The notes below the pieces were generated by a model. It did no database searches. It saw nothing but the letters and a program-made list of their open reading frames with translations, and was not told the DNA's origin. A stretch of 64,000 bases of DNA from an uncultured candidate division Zixibacteria bacterium (GTDB taxonomy: Bacteria; Zixibacteria; MSB-5A5; GN15; PGXB01), in contig OY969724.1 of assembly GCA_963702205.1 (NCBI GenBank), positions 384,001 to 448,000 of the forward strand. The letters are read 5' to 3'. The translations under genes were made by a program, and so were the position numbers. Below, one piece after another: positions 62,665-64,000 of the stretch (the stretch's first letter is position 1; every line of letters begins with the position of its first letter).

Positions 62665-62829
62665 GTGACCGGCAGACGCCCCCGTCTGCCGGTTTGTGGG
62701 CGGCAGATGTCCACATCTGCCCCATCATCTTTCTTTGCTTATTCCGGCGCTCGGGCACTTGTGGACAAGTGCCGCGCACAGTACCCGAACAGCCACTTCA
62801 CGTGGGCGGCAGATGTCTTCATCTGCCCC
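62665..62829. repeat. Cluster of alternating REP-like palindromes (BIME-like)
   Basis: 62665-62692 GTGA-CCGGCAGACG-cccc-CGTCTGCCGG; 62696-62723 and 62802-62829 GTGGGC-GGCAGATG-tcca/tctt-CATCTGCC; inverted copy at 62753-62779 reads GTGCGC-GGCACTTG-tcca-CAAGTGCC on the minus strand. Confidence 0.82.
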
Positions 62830-62855
62830 ATCTTCCCAATTCCCTAAGCAGCCAC

Positions 62856-62886
62856 AAAAAAAGGCGGGGCCAAAAGCCTCGCCTTT
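62856..62886 (-). terminator. Intrinsic terminator after the first HMA gene
   Basis: Minus strand AAAGGCGAGGC-ttttg-GCCCCGCC followed by a T7 tract. Confidence 0.75.
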
Positions 62887-62907
62887 GAAATCATCTACAA
62901 GAAATTT

Positions 62908-63450
62908 CTATTCGGTCGCCGTCTTGGCGTCTTTCTTTTCTTCGGTCTTCATTGTCTCCGCGGTTTTCTGGCTCGGACATTTGAAACCGGTCTTCATGCA
63001 CTCGGCGGCCTTGGTTGGGCTGCATCCAGCGTGTGCGCTGACTTGCGGCAACACTTTGGCTTTATAGCCGAGACCATTGATGGCTTCCAGGACTTTTTCC
63101 TGCTGGACTTTGTCGGGATCGATCGCGACAACGCCCGCGCCTTCTTTGTAATCGACGGCCATAACTTTGATGACACCATCGGTGGCGCCGAGGGCTTTCG
63201 TGATAGCTTCTTCACAGCCGGTGCAGGTCATACCTTTGATATCCAGGCAGATAAGCTCACACTTGCCCTGGTAGTCGGGACAGCATTTGGACGGGTCGAG
63301 TTCGACTCCGGCGTACGTGGCCGTGGCAGGTGTCGTGGCGACGGCCGCGGTGGTCTGGGCATCGCCTTTGTGAGCGGTGCATTCCTCGGCCATCATATTG
63401 ACAGCCAAACCGAGCATCAGGACCAGCGTGAGAATGATGATTTTGCGCAC
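62908..63450 (-). CDS. Exported heavy-metal-associated (HMA, MerP/CopZ-like) domain protein
   Basis: AGGAGG RBS and GTG start; signal peptide; IKGMTCTGC...AINGLGY; additional Cys clusters. Confidence 0.85.
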   Translation of the reverse strand: MRKIIILTLVLMLGLAVNMMAEECTAHKGDAQTTAAVATTPATATYAGVELDPSKCCPDYQGKCELICLDIKGMTCTGCEEAITKALGATDGVIKVMAVDYKEGAGVVAIDPDKVQQEKVLEAINGLGYKAKVLPQVSAHAGCSPTKAAECMKTGFKCPSQKTAETMKTEEKKDAKTATE

Positions 63451-63559
63451 TAAACATACCTCCTGTTACGCATAAAATAAGCTTTTAACACCATTTTAGC
63501 TAAAAAGCCGCGATTGTCAAGCGTTATATGCGGATTAATCGGGTATGGTTTATCGGGAT

Positions 63560-63587
63560 AAAAAAAGGGCGGGAGTTGCACCCGCCC
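63560..63587 (-). terminator. Intrinsic terminator after the second HMA gene
   Basis: Minus strand GGGCGGG-tgcaact-CCCGCCC followed by a T7 tract. Confidence 0.8.
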
Positions 63588-63614
63588 ACAAGGAGTTGCA
63601 AGGATTGGTATTTA

Positions 63615-64000
63615 TTACATAGACCCGTCGGTCTTGGTCTCAGTTTTGGTCTCGGTGGTCGAGGCCTTGTCACCCGTCATAGCCGGGCACTTGGCAGCGC
63701 AGGCGGCCTTCTGGGCATCGGTCATGTTGGCACACGACTTGGCGTACGGACAACCCTGGGCACCGGCGTTCACGGCATCGGTGGCGACAGCGGGTACGAC
63801 TTCGGCGCTGAAACCGGCCGCGTCGATGGCCTTGGTCATATTGCTCGTGCAGCCAACCACGGCGGCGTCATAAGTCACGACAGCCGTCCCGGTCTTGTAA
63901 TCGACTTTGTCCACTTTGTCGACACCGACGGTGTTCTTGAGGGCCGTAGTAACCTTGTTTTCGCACGCGCCGCAGTGCATACCGGTCACATGGAACGTGG
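63615..64000 (-). CDS. Second HMA-domain protein (5' end outside the window)
   Basis: Frame open to the window edge: TFHVTGMHCGAC...AIDAAGF, with a Cys-rich C-terminal tail. Confidence 0.85.
   Translation of the reverse strand, partial: TFHVTGMHCGACENKVTTALKNTVGVDKVDKVDYKTGTAVVTYDAAVVGCTSNMTKAIDAAGFSAEVVPAVATDAVNAGAQGCPYAKSCANMTDAQKAACAAKCPAMTGDKASTTETKTETKTDGSM

Overview
Bacterial genomic window. The Gram-negative-type envelope genes, a C-terminal dockerin-like tail and a PorV/PorQ-like gene suggest an FCB-group organism such as candidate phylum Zixibacteria; this is inference, not tested. The core is housekeeping: glmM-glmS, suhB, a heterodimeric ABC exporter, etfB, rnc, the yceD-rpmF-plsX-fabH-fabD-fabG-acpP-fabF cluster and a complete atpZIBEFHAGDC F-type ATP synthase operon. 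Accessory highlights: (i) an ECF sigma factor missed by the ORF track, divergent from a propeller-PKD-cohesin-dockerin protein; (ii) a GH1 glycosidase next to a ceramide-glucosyltransferase-like gene; (iii) a PilT-family ATPase coupled to an MshEN-REC-HD-REC-DUF4388 protein; (iv) four paralogous GspG-like prepilins with a shared stalk, two of them carrying large C-terminal adhesin-like payloads; (v) several REP/BIME-like palindrome clusters, including a 108-109 bp tandem array; (vi) an AT-rich Hhe-like DUF4011 helicase-nuclease and an M48 peptidase lying behind a porV-like gene whose last 40 bp are duplicated with only synonymous changes; (vii) an internally deleted methyltransferase remnant. 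Five single-base frameshifts, one of them in fabF, suggest sequencing or assembly indels. No rRNA, tRNA, CRISPR array, integrase or transposase was recognised.
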